In this document: piece by piece, positions 16,865 through 26,197 of the stretch
Layout: each line of letters begins with the position of its first letter
How positions within the stretch are numbered: position 1 is the first letter of the stretch
Origin: a virus
DNA length: 39,628 bases
Virus record (IMG/VR): IMGVR_UViG_3300045988_039580
Strand: one strand, 5' to 3'
Position numbers and translations under genes: made by a program
The notes under the pieces: generated by a model
Database searches by the model: none
Told to the model about the DNA's origin: nothing
The model's input: the letters and a program-made list of their open reading frames with translations, nothing else

Positions 16865-18420
16865 TCTTTTAATACCCCTTTCGAAGGAAACTCAGGTACT
16901 GCATGAAACCCCTTATCCTTTGAATAATGGACTCTGAAGTATTTTGTTTCTATTTTGGCACCTGTATCTCTATTTACAGCATACCCTATTACCTTGTCAC
17001 AGTCTAGTATTGTTTCGCAGTTTTGCCAGTCCTGATTCTTATCATATTGATTAATACCCGTTTGCGCGTATTTTAGAATGATTTCTTTTAGCTCTTCTCT
17101 TGAAACTGTAAAGTATGACGGATACTTCCCTACTTTTATTGAATCTTTGTACTGCTTTGTACCCTGATAGTGCTTATCTTGTTTTGACGCAAAGTCCATC
17201 TTGTATCCTGTCAAGTCTTCTTTTTTACTCAGCTTGATCACTTTAACTTTCGAATTTTCACCATCGTTTTTTACCTCTGTATAAGCCTTAGTGGTAATTC
17301 GTTTCTTCGGTATTCTTACAGGTTTGTAAGGTCTGCCTTTTGTTCCGCCTATCTTCTCGGTTGAGTAGTCTCTCTTTAATTGGCCCTTAGAAGCGTCCAC
17401 AAGCTCTTTCAGTCTCATCTTGTTATATTTATACCAGTAGTCCTCTTTCGTCGTATCTAGTCCTGCTGCCGCCTTCACACGTCGCTCTCTGTCCCACTTT
17501 CTCATGTTTCTTTCGTAGGACCTTTGCTTTTGCTCCATCTGATATATTCTGTCATTTTCTCTAGGATTTACAGGCTTGCTGTAATCTTCGCTTATTCCTG
17601 GAAAGTATGCAGTAAATGAATGCCTACAGTTCCATCCACCAAGTCCAGCGCCTGTTCCGTATCCTGTGGCCTCATAAAAGTTCTCGTAATTTCCTTCCGG
17701 ATAGTTCACCCAGAACACTTTCCCTTGCCAGGCTGCGTGGCTTGGTCTGGCACCCATGTGAGCACTTGTCTGTACTAGATTTATGCCTAGCTCATCAATG
17801 ACTGATTTCTCGCAAGCCAGTGCGTTCTGGTTTACTGCGGTTCGTACTGCCAATCGAACGGCCGCCTCGATTGATCGTTGAGCACCGCTTGGGTAGGATA
17901 CCTTTGTTAGGCCTTCTCTGCATAGCTTGTCGATTGTGTTTGCGGTTGCTTGATCTAGTGAGTAAGCTCCGCTTGATACCTGAAGATAAGCCATGTCGTA
18001 GTATCTCATAAAGGTGTCGCTAGCCAGTTGAGCTGTAGTCCTTGTAAGGTTCTGGATGTCTCCCCACAGTGCTGATGTTCCTTTTTTGATCTGATCCGAA
18101 AATTCTAAACCGCTTGTGTCGTATCCTCCAGCCTCTAGTCTGTCGAAGGTATCGCGGATACTTTTATAAGCACTCTGTTGCATAATCCGGTCGACTTCTT
18201 CTTCGGAAGTGTGAAGTATTTCAGCTAGTCTTTTATTAATCCAGTCTTGCTGGAGTCCTAGCTGCTTTAATTTGTTGTTTAAATACTCCGTAGTGCTTGT
18301 CATAGCATCCTGATTCATCTTGATTCGCTCCGCTATGTCCACCAGTATTTCTGTTGCCAGTTCCTGATACAGCTTTTCTAGGTCGTCGCCTACGTTCTGC
18401 AAGTAGTTCGGTTCTAGCAT
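16861..18420 (-). CDS. MuF/SPP1 gp7-like head morphogenesis protein with a ~120-aa C-terminal toxin-like extension
   Basis: 519 aa. MuF motifs HMGARPSHAAWQGKVFW and GGWNCRHSF. C-terminus KQDKHYQGTKQY...GYAVNRDTGAKIETKYFRVHYSKDKGFHAVPEFP resembles polymorphic-toxin (type 50-like) modules. Confidence 0.8.
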   Translation of the reverse strand: MLEPNYLQNVGDDLEKLYQELATEILVDIAERIKMNQDAMTSTTEYLNNKLKQLGLQQDWINKRLAEILHTSEEEVDRIMQQSAYKSIRDTFDRLEAGGYDTSGLEFSDQIKKGTSALWGDIQNLTRTTAQLASDTFMRYYDMAYLQVSSGAYSLDQATANTIDKLCREGLTKVSYPSGAQRSIEAAVRLAVRTAVNQNALACEKSVIDELGINLVQTSAHMGARPSHAAWQGKVFWVNYPEGNYENFYEATGYGTGAGLGGWNCRHSFTAYFPGISEDYSKPVNPRENDRIYQMEQKQRSYERNMRKWDRERRVKAAAGLDTTKEDYWYKYNKMRLKELVDASKGQLKRDYSTEKIGGTKGRPYKPVRIPKKRITTKAYTEVKNDGENSKVKVIKLSKKEDLTGYKMDFASKQDKHYQGTKQYKDSIKVGKYPSYFTVSREELKEIILKYAQTGINQYDKNQDWQNCETILDCDKVIGYAVNRDTGAKIETKYFRVHYSKDKGFHAVPEFPSKGVLKE

Positions 18421-19976
18421 TAGGCCTCACCCTCTGGCTCCTCTACTTGTGTTCCCTCTTGCTGGAAGAACATACTTTGAATTCTGTCCGCCGGGTTCTC
18501 TGTTTCTCCGGTCATCTCGCGTGCGGTCTGTTCGTCTTCTCCGTAGTATCGAACGCGATATTCCCATTTCTGTAGGATGCCGGCCGATATTTCCTGAAGC
18601 ATTCGAAGTCGTTCCGCTTCCTCATCTGAAAACATAGTGTCGTCAAATTGAATTGTGATTCGAACGTCTGGATCAAGCCCGGATATGTGGCACTTCTCTT
18701 TGCCTAGAATGATAATTGATCTCGTCAACTCTGTAAGGGCGTCCTGGATTGCGATACGTTGCTTCCAGACGCTTTCTGTTAGTTCTTTATTGCTTGCACG
18801 AACCTGAGTTGCTGTGGTCATGTTCTGGATACTGAACTGGTATCTGTTTTGGCCAAGCCCGCATTTACTTGATAAAAGATTTAGATTGAATTGAACGTTC
18901 TCTTTGTTCTCGTCAACTCGAAGGCTTGGATTGTATTCCTCAAAAAGTCGAGGCTTGTCTGGGCTTACTTGTGTTCCTGTACTTACGTATAGAGATTTCT
19001 CCAAAGTTGCGCCGACGTCCGGCTCTTGTCTTACTGGTTCTCGTTCACCTTTATCGTTTAGCGCATAGGCTATTGGCTTCATACTGAACAGCGCCTGATC
19101 CATGAAAACCTTTTTCTTTCCTAGCAAAGTATCCATGAATAGGTTGTCGTATGCCAAGTCGCAGCTTTCTAGCATGTCGATTGCATTTGCATAGATTGAC
19201 ATTCCTAATGGCACGTCTGCAATGTTGTTTTCGATATTTGGCTTTAGGATCACAAAAGGTTTGCAAGGTAGCTTGTAACTGATTGCTTCGCCGTGTGGTG
19301 CTGATACTCTTTCATAGCCTACGGCGTCTCCTGCCACATTGTTGATCTTGAAATAGTGGTTGTAGATTTGATAGCCTTCTTGCTCTTGTTTGAAGACCTG
19401 GATGTACATAAAACTTTCCCCGTTTTGCGTATACTCGCTAGCTAATGCAATTTCTGAAATATCTTCCTCGTCGTAGGTCAATGGCACTATTTTCTGTGCG
19501 TCCTTGATAGTTTTGATTTGTACGCTCTGGGCACTTAGCTGCCCTTTGTTCACTGTTGGATTTACAAGCTGCAGATAGAAGCACACGGTCCCTTGCGCGA
19601 ATTCTCTCTCGACAGCTTTGTTTCCTAGCTTCCAGAACTTGCTGTTTCCTAAAACTCCGCCGTTCTGGTCTTCTTTGTCTCCGGTCAAGAATTCTTGCGT
19701 GATGTCCGTTCCGTGTTCGTTGCATTCTACCAGGATTCTGGTTTTATCGTTTAAAAGCAAATCGGCCCAGTCTTCGCAGATTTTCTTAGCCATTCGCATC
19801 TGCTTGCGTTTTACTTGTCTACTGTTTCCGTTTTCGTTCTTGATCTCGTATTTATGAAATTCTTGAACGTAGCCTTTCCACCAATCGTTCCAGAATTGAA
19901 TCTTGCTGTAGTAGTCTTGGACTTCCTGGCTCACAGGATATCCTAAGTCCTTTAGTATTGTGAATAAAATTCTCAT
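18420..19976 (-). CDS. Portal protein
   Basis: 518 aa, immediately downstream of TerL. Confidence 0.85.
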   Translation of the reverse strand: MRILFTILKDLGYPVSQEVQDYYSKIQFWNDWWKGYVQEFHKYEIKNENGNSRQVKRKQMRMAKKICEDWADLLLNDKTRILVECNEHGTDITQEFLTGDKEDQNGGVLGNSKFWKLGNKAVEREFAQGTVCFYLQLVNPTVNKGQLSAQSVQIKTIKDAQKIVPLTYDEEDISEIALASEYTQNGESFMYIQVFKQEQEGYQIYNHYFKINNVAGDAVGYERVSAPHGEAISYKLPCKPFVILKPNIENNIADVPLGMSIYANAIDMLESCDLAYDNLFMDTLLGKKKVFMDQALFSMKPIAYALNDKGEREPVRQEPDVGATLEKSLYVSTGTQVSPDKPRLFEEYNPSLRVDENKENVQFNLNLLSSKCGLGQNRYQFSIQNMTTATQVRASNKELTESVWKQRIAIQDALTELTRSIIILGKEKCHISGLDPDVRITIQFDDTMFSDEEAERLRMLQEISAGILQKWEYRVRYYGEDEQTAREMTGETENPADRIQSMFFQQEGTQVEEPEGEA

Positions 19977-21206
19977 TTAAGTTCTCCTTCCTGTGATCAG
20001 GTCCATATATGTTGACCAACTATAAAAATGGGCGTCGAATGTATCGACGTCGGTTGTGAAATCATCTAAAATCTTATCTTCCTTTGATTTTGTATCGTAT
20101 AGGGCTGTACTCAAACTTTCGACTACCATAGGTACTGCCTGGAACTTCATCTTGTGTCGATTAAGCATCATATTGTAGGTCAGAATCCTTGTCTTTCCGT
20201 CTATCTTGCGGCAATCCATCACATTGGTTGGGAAGCCCGCCCTTTGCACGGCTACTCGTATACTGTTCAAAATGACTTGTTCTGCGTTATCTACAAAAAC
20301 GCTTGATACCACGAAGCCCTGAATCCATAAAGCTCTGATCAGGTCGACTGTCTCCGTGCAAAGTCTTTCGGCGTCTATAGTTCCTTTAGCGTGTACGACT
20401 TTACGTTCTGCAAAGGTTACAATCTCAGAAAGGTCTGCCGTGATTCCCGTTACAATCAGGCTACTGTGTGAACGTGTTCCACCTATGTCCAGGCCTATGT
20501 TGATCATGTTAAAAAGTGGGAGTTCTCCTTTGACTTCCCACTCGTCTGGATTGTCTGCAAACTGTGGAAAGAGTAGCCCTTCCGCATTGCACCATTCTCC
20601 TAGTATGTATCTGTTGTATAGGACTGTCCCTCGATATTCGAGTTTCAAGTTTTCCACAAACTCCGGTGGCAGAAACGGGTTATCTTCAATCGTATATTTC
20701 TGTCGGAAAATGTCCGCTCCTGATTCTAGAAACTTTAAAAACCAATGGTTCTTATTGTCCGGGTTGCAGGTTCCATCAAAGCAGCTATATGGTTTATCTA
20801 GACGCGACTTTAGCATGTCAAATACTTTCTTATTCCATGTTACTACCTCATCCCCGTAGCAGTACGCTACTGAGGCCCCTTGAATCTTTGTAACCTGGCT
20901 TTCTTTATCTGCGCCTATCGCGTAGCACATACGACCGAAAAGCTTTACCGTGTTGTCTGGTCTTACTCTTCCAACCAGTTCTGGGCCATATAATTCTCGC
21001 ATGGGTTCTAGAACGTTTCTTTCAAGTGTTGACTTTGTATTTCCTATGAGGAACACGTGGCCTGGAAGGCCCTCTATAGCTCGAATACGTTTCGGGATGA
21101 TGTAGTAGTCCAGCCATGTCTTTCCGCTACGTGTAGCCCCTTCTTTTATGTTCCAGCGGCTCGGTTTATGATTCCAGAACTCTTTCTGTTTCTCAGTTAA
21201 TTCCAC
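19977..21206 (-). CDS. terL: Terminase large subunit
   Basis: 409 aa. Walker A GATRSGKT. GTG start with a GGAGA RBS. Overlaps terS. Confidence 0.9.
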   Translation of the reverse strand: MELTEKQKEFWNHKPSRWNIKEGATRSGKTWLDYYIIPKRIRAIEGLPGHVFLIGNTKSTLERNVLEPMRELYGPELVGRVRPDNTVKLFGRMCYAIGADKESQVTKIQGASVAYCYGDEVVTWNKKVFDMLKSRLDKPYSCFDGTCNPDNKNHWFLKFLESGADIFRQKYTIEDNPFLPPEFVENLKLEYRGTVLYNRYILGEWCNAEGLLFPQFADNPDEWEVKGELPLFNMINIGLDIGGTRSHSSLIVTGITADLSEIVTFAERKVVHAKGTIDAERLCTETVDLIRALWIQGFVVSSVFVDNAEQVILNSIRVAVQRAGFPTNVMDCRKIDGKTRILTYNMMLNRHKMKFQAVPMVVESLSTALYDTKSKEDKILDDFTTDVDTFDAHFYSWSTYMDLITGRRT

Positions 21207-21696
21207 TATCGTCTCCGGCTACTGTATCCATAGCTTTCAATAAGATATCCAGTTTCGTAATCTCTTTAGAAGGGTCGCCTTGTCTCTTGATCTGTTCGGC
21301 TTGTGCGTTCATCAGTTTCGTTCTGGCTCTGTCTAGGCTTGTGACTGGTTGCTGTCCGGTAAGGTCTCGGATGAATTCAGCCGCCCTTACGTCACCGCGT
21401 GTGGCTTTGTTGAACATGGTTGCGGCTAGAAGCATTTGATTGCTGAGTTCCTCGTCTTCCAGTCCCATGTCGATAAGCTTTTCCTTGTTTCTTTCGCTTG
21501 GCTCCAACTCTAGGATTGCGGCCAGGCATTGTTTCAGCTTCTTTTTCTTTTTCTGGACTTTCTGGCTTGCGGCTCCGCCCTTGCGTCCCATCTCTGCTGC
21601 GTTCTCTTTCGTGAATGGCTTCAGGTTTTGCATTGGGTCTTTGCGCTGTTTGGCCGCTTCGGACTTTGTGCGTCCAGCTAATCCCTTAGCAGGCAT
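21193..21696 (-). CDS. terS: Terminase small subunit (assigned by position)
   Basis: 167 aa, basic N-terminal half (GRKGGAASQKVQKKKKK). Directly upstream of and overlapping terL. Confidence 0.55.
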   Translation of the reverse strand: MPAKGLAGRTKSEAAKQRKDPMQNLKPFTKENAAEMGRKGGAASQKVQKKKKKLKQCLAAILELEPSERNKEKLIDMGLEDEELSNQMLLAATMFNKATRGDVRAAEFIRDLTGQQPVTSLDRARTKLMNAQAEQIKRQGDPSKEITKLDILLKAMDTVAGDDSGIN

Positions 21697-22990
21697 CCTC
21701 GATTAGCTCCGCCTGTTCTCCGGTGTAATCTTCCCAGCGCTTGATAATTACATCGGCATAGTGTGGATCATACTCCATCATGAAGCATCTCCTTCCTAGC
21801 TGTTCGCAAGCCATAAGCGTGGAGCCTGAACCTCCGAATAGGTCCAATACGTTTTCTCCAGTCCGGCTGCTGTTCTTGATCTGTCTTGCAATCAGTGGAA
21901 TTGGTTTCATGGTTGGATGCAGATCGGATTTCGTGGGCTTCTTCTCGTCCAGAATCGTTGTGTCCTTGCACCCCCCCAGGATTGATTTTAGAAGGTCTTT
22001 AAGCTCGTCCTTCTTCATGCTGTCAATGTCCAGGTTCTCTGTATCTTCGAGTACGGTTACAAGGTTTCTAGTGTTGACGAAGTAATGGGCTGCGCCATCT
22101 TTCCATCCGTAAAGGCATGGCTCGTGTTTCCACTGGTAGTCTTGGCGACCCAGTGCGAATGTGTTCTTGTTCCAGATCAGCGTTTGTCGGATGTTTAGGC
22201 CTGCGCGTTCTGCAGCTTCCAAGAAGTTCTTGCTTTGTGTGGATGCGTACCAAATGTAGAAGGCACCTCCGGACTTAAGTTGTTCTGTCATGTTCTCGAA
22301 GGCTACTTTTAAAAACTCGATAAAGCCCTCGTCATCTTCCCATGAGTCATTATCAATGACCAGGCCGTCTGTTCTTCGGTGTAGCTGCTTGGCTTCGCTT
22401 GGTCTCATGTGCTGCCCTAAAGCTACGTTATACGGTGGATCAGTTACGACCATATCCATGGTAGCGTCGCTGCAAAGCTTTTCTACGTCCTGGCGTTTGG
22501 TACTGTCTCCGACCATCAATCTGTGCCTTCCTAGCATCCAGCATTGTCCTCTTTTGGTTGTTGGTTCTTCCGGAATCTCTGGCTCGAAGTTGTCGTCCTC
22601 TGCGATTTGTTCGTCGAAGGTTTCAGTCTCAAATCCGAAAGGCTCCATATCGAAGTCCATGTTGTCTAGTTCTTCCAGTTCAAACTGTAAAGCGTCAAGG
22701 TCCCATTGTGCTGCTTCCGCGACTTTGTTATCTGCGAGTCGGTAGGCTTTCACCTGTGCTGGTGTTAAATCGTCGGCCTGGATGCATGGCACTGTCTCAA
22801 GGCCTAGCTTTTGTGCTGCCTTCCACCTGGTGTGTCCTGCAATGATGATCAGGTCTTTATCCACCACAATTGGTTGCTTGAATCCGAACTCGTCTATAGA
22901 TGCTGCGACTAAATCGACGGCATCTTCGTTGAGTCGTGGGTTGTTCTCGTAAGGCTTCAGGTCGCATGTTCTTATGTCTGTAATGTTCAT
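21686..22990 (-). CDS. ParB-like nuclease domain fused to a beta-class N6A/N4C DNA methyltransferase
   Basis: 434 aa. N-terminus NPR...IIIAGHTRWKAA (ParB/Srx-like). Motif IV DPPY, then C-terminal motif I LDLFGGSGST. Confidence 0.85.
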   Translation of the reverse strand: MNITDIRTCDLKPYENNPRLNEDAVDLVAASIDEFGFKQPIVVDKDLIIIAGHTRWKAAQKLGLETVPCIQADDLTPAQVKAYRLADNKVAEAAQWDLDALQFELEELDNMDFDMEPFGFETETFDEQIAEDDNFEPEIPEEPTTKRGQCWMLGRHRLMVGDSTKRQDVEKLCSDATMDMVVTDPPYNVALGQHMRPSEAKQLHRRTDGLVIDNDSWEDDEGFIEFLKVAFENMTEQLKSGGAFYIWYASTQSKNFLEAAERAGLNIRQTLIWNKNTFALGRQDYQWKHEPCLYGWKDGAAHYFVNTRNLVTVLEDTENLDIDSMKKDELKDLLKSILGGCKDTTILDEKKPTKSDLHPTMKPIPLIARQIKNSSRTGENVLDLFGGSGSTLMACEQLGRRCFMMEYDPHYADVIIKRWEDYTGEQAELIEDAC

Positions 22991-23013
22991 GTGTGTTCAC
23001 CTCTGTTTGTATT

Positions 23014-23040
23014 AAAAAAGAAGCCTTGTCTGCTTCTTTG
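23014..23040 (-). terminator. Intrinsic terminator about 24 nt upstream of the methyltransferase start codon
   Basis: Minus RNA AAAGAAGC-AGACAAG-GCUUCUUU followed by UUUAAU. There is no room for a promoter before the SD/ATG at 22990. Confidence 0.7.
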
Positions 23041-23049
23041 TTGTCTATG

Positions 23050-23166
23050 ATTACCCGGAGCGCTGAAATACTAAAATTAATCCCATGATTTGTCGTTGCT
23101 GATGTTGGTATTGACGTTGACTAGAAAGCACTCGTTTTTTTTAGAAAGGAGGACGCTCCGGGTAAT
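23050..23166 (-). promoter_or_regulatory. 13-bp perfect long-range inverted repeat ATTACCCGGAGCG / CGCTCCGGGTAAT enclosing 91 nt (structured leader)
   Basis: Read directly (23050..23062 and 23154..23166). Flanked by further hairpins at 23165..23188 and 23229..23243. Confidence 0.6.
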
Positions 23167-23246
23167 AGAAAAGAGGGCCCTTTTCTATCGGTCCTCTTTT
23201 ACAAGTACTAATATACCACCCGAAAGCGGTTTACAGTGTAAACTCT

Positions 23247-23675
23247 TCAGTCTTTTGTCAGATTTTTTACCTCTGCCATTAAATGTTTATACATTCCTTG
23301 TCTTGTGTATCCGTATTTCTCAGCAACTTCTTCAGCCTTGATTCTATGAATGTACAGATCCCATAAAATATTCTGGTCTTGCAAGTCTAGAAGTTCTGTC
23401 CATTTTAGGTCCATCAGTCTTTTCTGGAAGTGATGCAGTTCTTGTTCTTTGGCTGATATTTCTTCAAATAGGCCGAGCGGGCTGTGGTACTGATGCTGAT
23501 ATGTTGGCATAGGCCACTTGCTTCTTTTCTGTTCTGCAGTCAGTTCGATCCCTCCGGATTTTGCAAGGCCTGTTGTCTGGTGGTTTAGTACTTCCAATTC
23601 CTGATTCAATTCAATCAAACGGTGGCAGCAGTAGCGCACCGTTTTTAGTTCTGGAATTAATTCGTCGTAAGTCAT
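23247..23675 (-). CDS. Putative late-gene transcriptional regulator with C-terminal sigma-70 region-4-like HTH
   Basis: 142 aa. C-terminus IKAEEVAEKYGYTRQGMYKHLMAEVKNL. Last gene before the packaging and structural genes. Confidence 0.45.
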   Translation of the reverse strand: MTYDELIPELKTVRYCCHRLIELNQELEVLNHQTTGLAKSGGIELTAEQKRSKWPMPTYQHQYHSPLGLFEEISAKEQELHHFQKRLMDLKWTELLDLQDQNILWDLYIHRIKAEEVAEKYGYTRQGMYKHLMAEVKNLTKD

Positions 23676-23678
23676 GTT

Positions 23679-25043
23679 TTACCTCCTTAAAGCTTCGATT
23701 AAGGCTTTTTGCGTTATGTTCTTGTGTTCTAGTGCATCCAGCATGTCCTCGTCTACTGTGCCTCTAGCTACGATCTGATAAATGATCACGTTTTGTTTCT
23801 GTCCTTGTCTGTAGATTCTGGCATTTGCCTGCTGATACAGTTCAAGGTTCCAGTTTGGAAGTGTGTACCAGATTGCGATATGTCCACCACGCTGAAGGTT
23901 AAGTCCGTGTCCTGCGCTTGCTGGATGCAAAAGCAGCACGTCTATCTTTCCGTCGTTCCATGCCTTGACATCTTTCTCACTGTTTAGACTTCTTACTTCA
24001 ATTTTTTGCTTTTTCAGGTGCTCCGTGATGCGTTTTAGTTCGTGTTTGAAGTAATAAAACACCATCACAGGGTTCTGGTTCGCGGATTCGATCAAGTCGT
24101 CTAGTGCCTCAAGTTTAGCCGCATGAAGGGATGCTACTTCTTCGAGCTTATTTCCTAGCTGATCGCGTTTATAGATTTCTCCTGATGTCATTTGTAGCAG
24201 CTGACCGCATAGCACTCCAGCGTTGGCTGCTAGCAGTGATTCGTTGTTATCTAGTTCCAGAACCTTCTCACGTTTGAAAGCGTGGTATTCTGTCATCGCT
24301 TTTTGAGGTAGTTCGATTGATTTTTTTAAGTACTGAACCGGTGGAAGTTTGGCGCAGTCTGCTTGATCCAGACTCATGCATACGTCACCTATTTTCTTGT
24401 ATATTTTTTCCTCTGCATCTGGTCTTGGCTTCCAATCGTATACGATCATCCCATTTCTTCTTCCTGGAATTAGATATCTTTCTCGAAACTGAGTTAGTGT
24501 TCGACCTAATCTTTCTCCCTGGTCAATCAAGTATATCTGGCTCCAAAGGTCCGGGATTCCTTTCGGTGCTGGTGTTCCTGTTAGTCCTATAAATCTGTCA
24601 GCTAGTGGCATAACTTTTCTTAGGGCTCTGAACCTCTGGCTTTTTGGATTCTTGAAAGTTGATAATTCATCAATCACTACCATGTCAAAGTCAAAGTATT
24701 TGTTGTCTACTAGCCAGGTAACGTTCTCTTTGCCTATGAGATAAATGTCTGCCTTTTGTTGCAGTGCCTTCTCACGTTGCTTTGGAGTGCCTGCTATGAT
24801 TGAATAGCTCAAGTCCTTAGTGTGACTCCACTTTTCTATTTCTTCCGGCCACGTGCTTTTTATTACGCGCACAGGGCCTATGATTAGAACTTTTTCTATG
24901 TCGATTAGTTTTAGAAGGCTAATGATCGTTAGCGTGGTTACGGTCTTTCCGGCTCCCATAGGGAGAAGAAGGCCACACTTCTTATGATCCAGTCCGAAGT
25001 TGATAGCCTTCTTTTGATAGTCATGAGGTTTAAATTCTGTCAA
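23679..25043 (-). CDS. SNF2-family helicase
   Basis: 454 aa. LLPMGAGKT (motif I), VIDELSTFKN (motif II), and C-terminal helicase motifs ...RIYRQGQ. TTG start with a GGAGGAG RBS. Confidence 0.9.
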   Translation of the reverse strand: MTEFKPHDYQKKAINFGLDHKKCGLLLPMGAGKTVTTLTIISLLKLIDIEKVLIIGPVRVIKSTWPEEIEKWSHTKDLSYSIIAGTPKQREKALQQKADIYLIGKENVTWLVDNKYFDFDMVVIDELSTFKNPKSQRFRALRKVMPLADRFIGLTGTPAPKGIPDLWSQIYLIDQGERLGRTLTQFRERYLIPGRRNGMIVYDWKPRPDAEEKIYKKIGDVCMSLDQADCAKLPPVQYLKKSIELPQKAMTEYHAFKREKVLELDNNESLLAANAGVLCGQLLQMTSGEIYKRDQLGNKLEEVASLHAAKLEALDDLIESANQNPVMVFYYFKHELKRITEHLKKQKIEVRSLNSEKDVKAWNDGKIDVLLLHPASAGHGLNLQRGGHIAIWYTLPNWNLELYQQANARIYRQGQKQNVIIYQIVARGTVDEDMLDALEHKNITQKALIEALRR

Positions 25044-25341
25044 AGTGTCGCTCCTCCGGTATGATTCCAGACCGCATCAGATTTGTTAATTCGTCCACCT
25101 GGGCTTTTGTGCTGATGCAGTATACTTTCATACCTGTTGCCCGTATTTGGGCTACTGTGGCTTTTTGTAGGGCTCTAGGCTTACCGCCTGGCCTTTTTAC
25201 TTCTACAAAGAAAGCCTTTGAATTATATGTGATCAGTCTATCTGGCACGCCTGCGTTTCCTGGGCTTACAAACTTCCAGGCTTTACCGCCTAGTGCTGAT
25301 ACCTTTTTGATCAGATATTGTTCGACTTGATTTTCTATCAT
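25030..25341 (-). CDS. VRR-NUC domain nuclease
   Basis: Start refined to the ATG at 25341 (ATGA overlap), giving 103 aa. GVPDRL...FFVEVKRPGGK matches the D...ExK motif. Confidence 0.8.
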   Translation of the reverse strand: MIENQVEQYLIKKVSALGGKAWKFVSPGNAGVPDRLITYNSKAFFVEVKRPGGKPRALQKATVAQIRATGMKVYCISTKAQVDELTNLMRSGIIPEERHFDRI

Positions 25342-25547
25342 TTCTGGAAGAACTTCTTTTGAAGTTCGCGGTACCGCTCGGCGCAGTCTGGACACAAATC
25401 TTTGTTGTCAATTGTTGTGATCCACCCATCTGGAAGTCCTTTCCAGGTTTCGATTGTTTTTCCGTTCTCGATCTTGCTCTTTTCGATTCCGACTGATGTT
25501 TCTTTTCCGCATCGGTCGCACTTGATATACATTCTATTTTCTTTCAT
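25338..25547 (-). CDS. Zinc-ribbon protein
   Basis: 69 aa with CDRCGK ... CPDC. Confidence 0.7.
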   Translation of the reverse strand: MKENRMYIKCDRCGKETSVGIEKSKIENGKTIETWKGLPDGWITTIDNKDLCPDCAERYRELQKKFFQK

Positions 25548-25550
25548 GTT

Positions 25551-25895
25551 CTATTCCTCCTCTAGTCTTCTTCTTTGTCTTGCTTGTTTTGCTTGAATAA
25601 GTTCTTGAATCTCAGGTCTTTCGATTTGATAATACTCGATAAGCTGATCCATACAAATCAATACATCCGCCATTTCTTCGATCAGGTTATTTCTTAGTCC
25701 TTTGAATTCTAATGGTTTTGTTTTTTCTTCCGGATAGCGTACCAGTTTAGAAATCGCCTTTTGCAGTTCTGATAGTTCTTCCATAGCGACTAGGCTCTGC
25801 CTTTCGATTCCGTATCGGTCCATTGTTTCCTGGTTGACTCTTGCGTCTATTTCTACCATAAAACCTCGATATGTTCTAATGTGATTTCTTTCCAT
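25551..25895 (-). CDS. MazG-like nucleotide pyrophosphohydrolase
   Basis: Start refined to the internal ATG at 25895 (RBS AAAGGAG), giving 114 aa. VAMEELSELQKA and LIEEMADVLICMDQL are the EExxE/D helices of all-alpha NTP-PPases. Confidence 0.75.
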   Translation of the reverse strand: MERNHIRTYRGFMVEIDARVNQETMDRYGIERQSLVAMEELSELQKAISKLVRYPEEKTKPLEFKGLRNNLIEEMADVLICMDQLIEYYQIERPEIQELIQAKQARQRRRLEEE

Positions 25896-25929
25896 TTCTG
25901 TGTCTCCTTTTCTAGTTGATTTTTGGCCC

Positions 25930-26197
25930 TGGAAACGGATACGTGCGGAAACGCCTTTCAAACTCTTTATATATATACTATATTTTCTCGCGCGCATATG
26001 CATACACATGTACTGTATTACGCTATATTATATATATATTCATTAAGTTAGTAATATTTCTGTTTCCAGTGTTTCCAATAGCTTAGAAAGCCTTATTTTA
26101 TGCGGTGATTCCCTGGAAACGCTCTATGATTTTAGCGTTTCCATATCCGTTTCCACTGTTGCCTTGTATTTTTTTACAGCCGTTTCCAGCGTTTCCA
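25930..26197. repeat. Iteron array, (C/G)CGTTTCCA(G/C) family: putative replication origin
   Basis: GTTTCCA at 26062, 26071, 26137, 26149, 26182 and 26191. Inverted TGGAAAC at 25930 and 26114, and CGGAAAC at 25946. (TA)n runs and a 25-nt alternating Py-Pu tract at 25989..26013. Confidence 0.65.

Noticed and set aside
23090-23341. 83-aa plus-strand ORF across the structured leader
   Set aside because: It has no RBS, runs antisense into the late-regulator gene, and the region is better explained by RNA structure.
25896-26009. N-terminal 38 codons of the 152-aa ORF (MCMHMRARKYSIY...)
   Set aside because: An internal ATG at 25895 has a good AAAGGAG RBS, and the MazG-like domain starts there. 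The upstream part overlaps the iteron/AT-rich origin-like region and has an implausible composition.
25930-26197. CRISPR array as an explanation for the GTTTCCA repeats
   Set aside because: The units are only 7-10 nt, irregularly spaced (9-45 nt) and occur in both orientations. This fits iterons, not CRISPR repeats. No cas genes are present.
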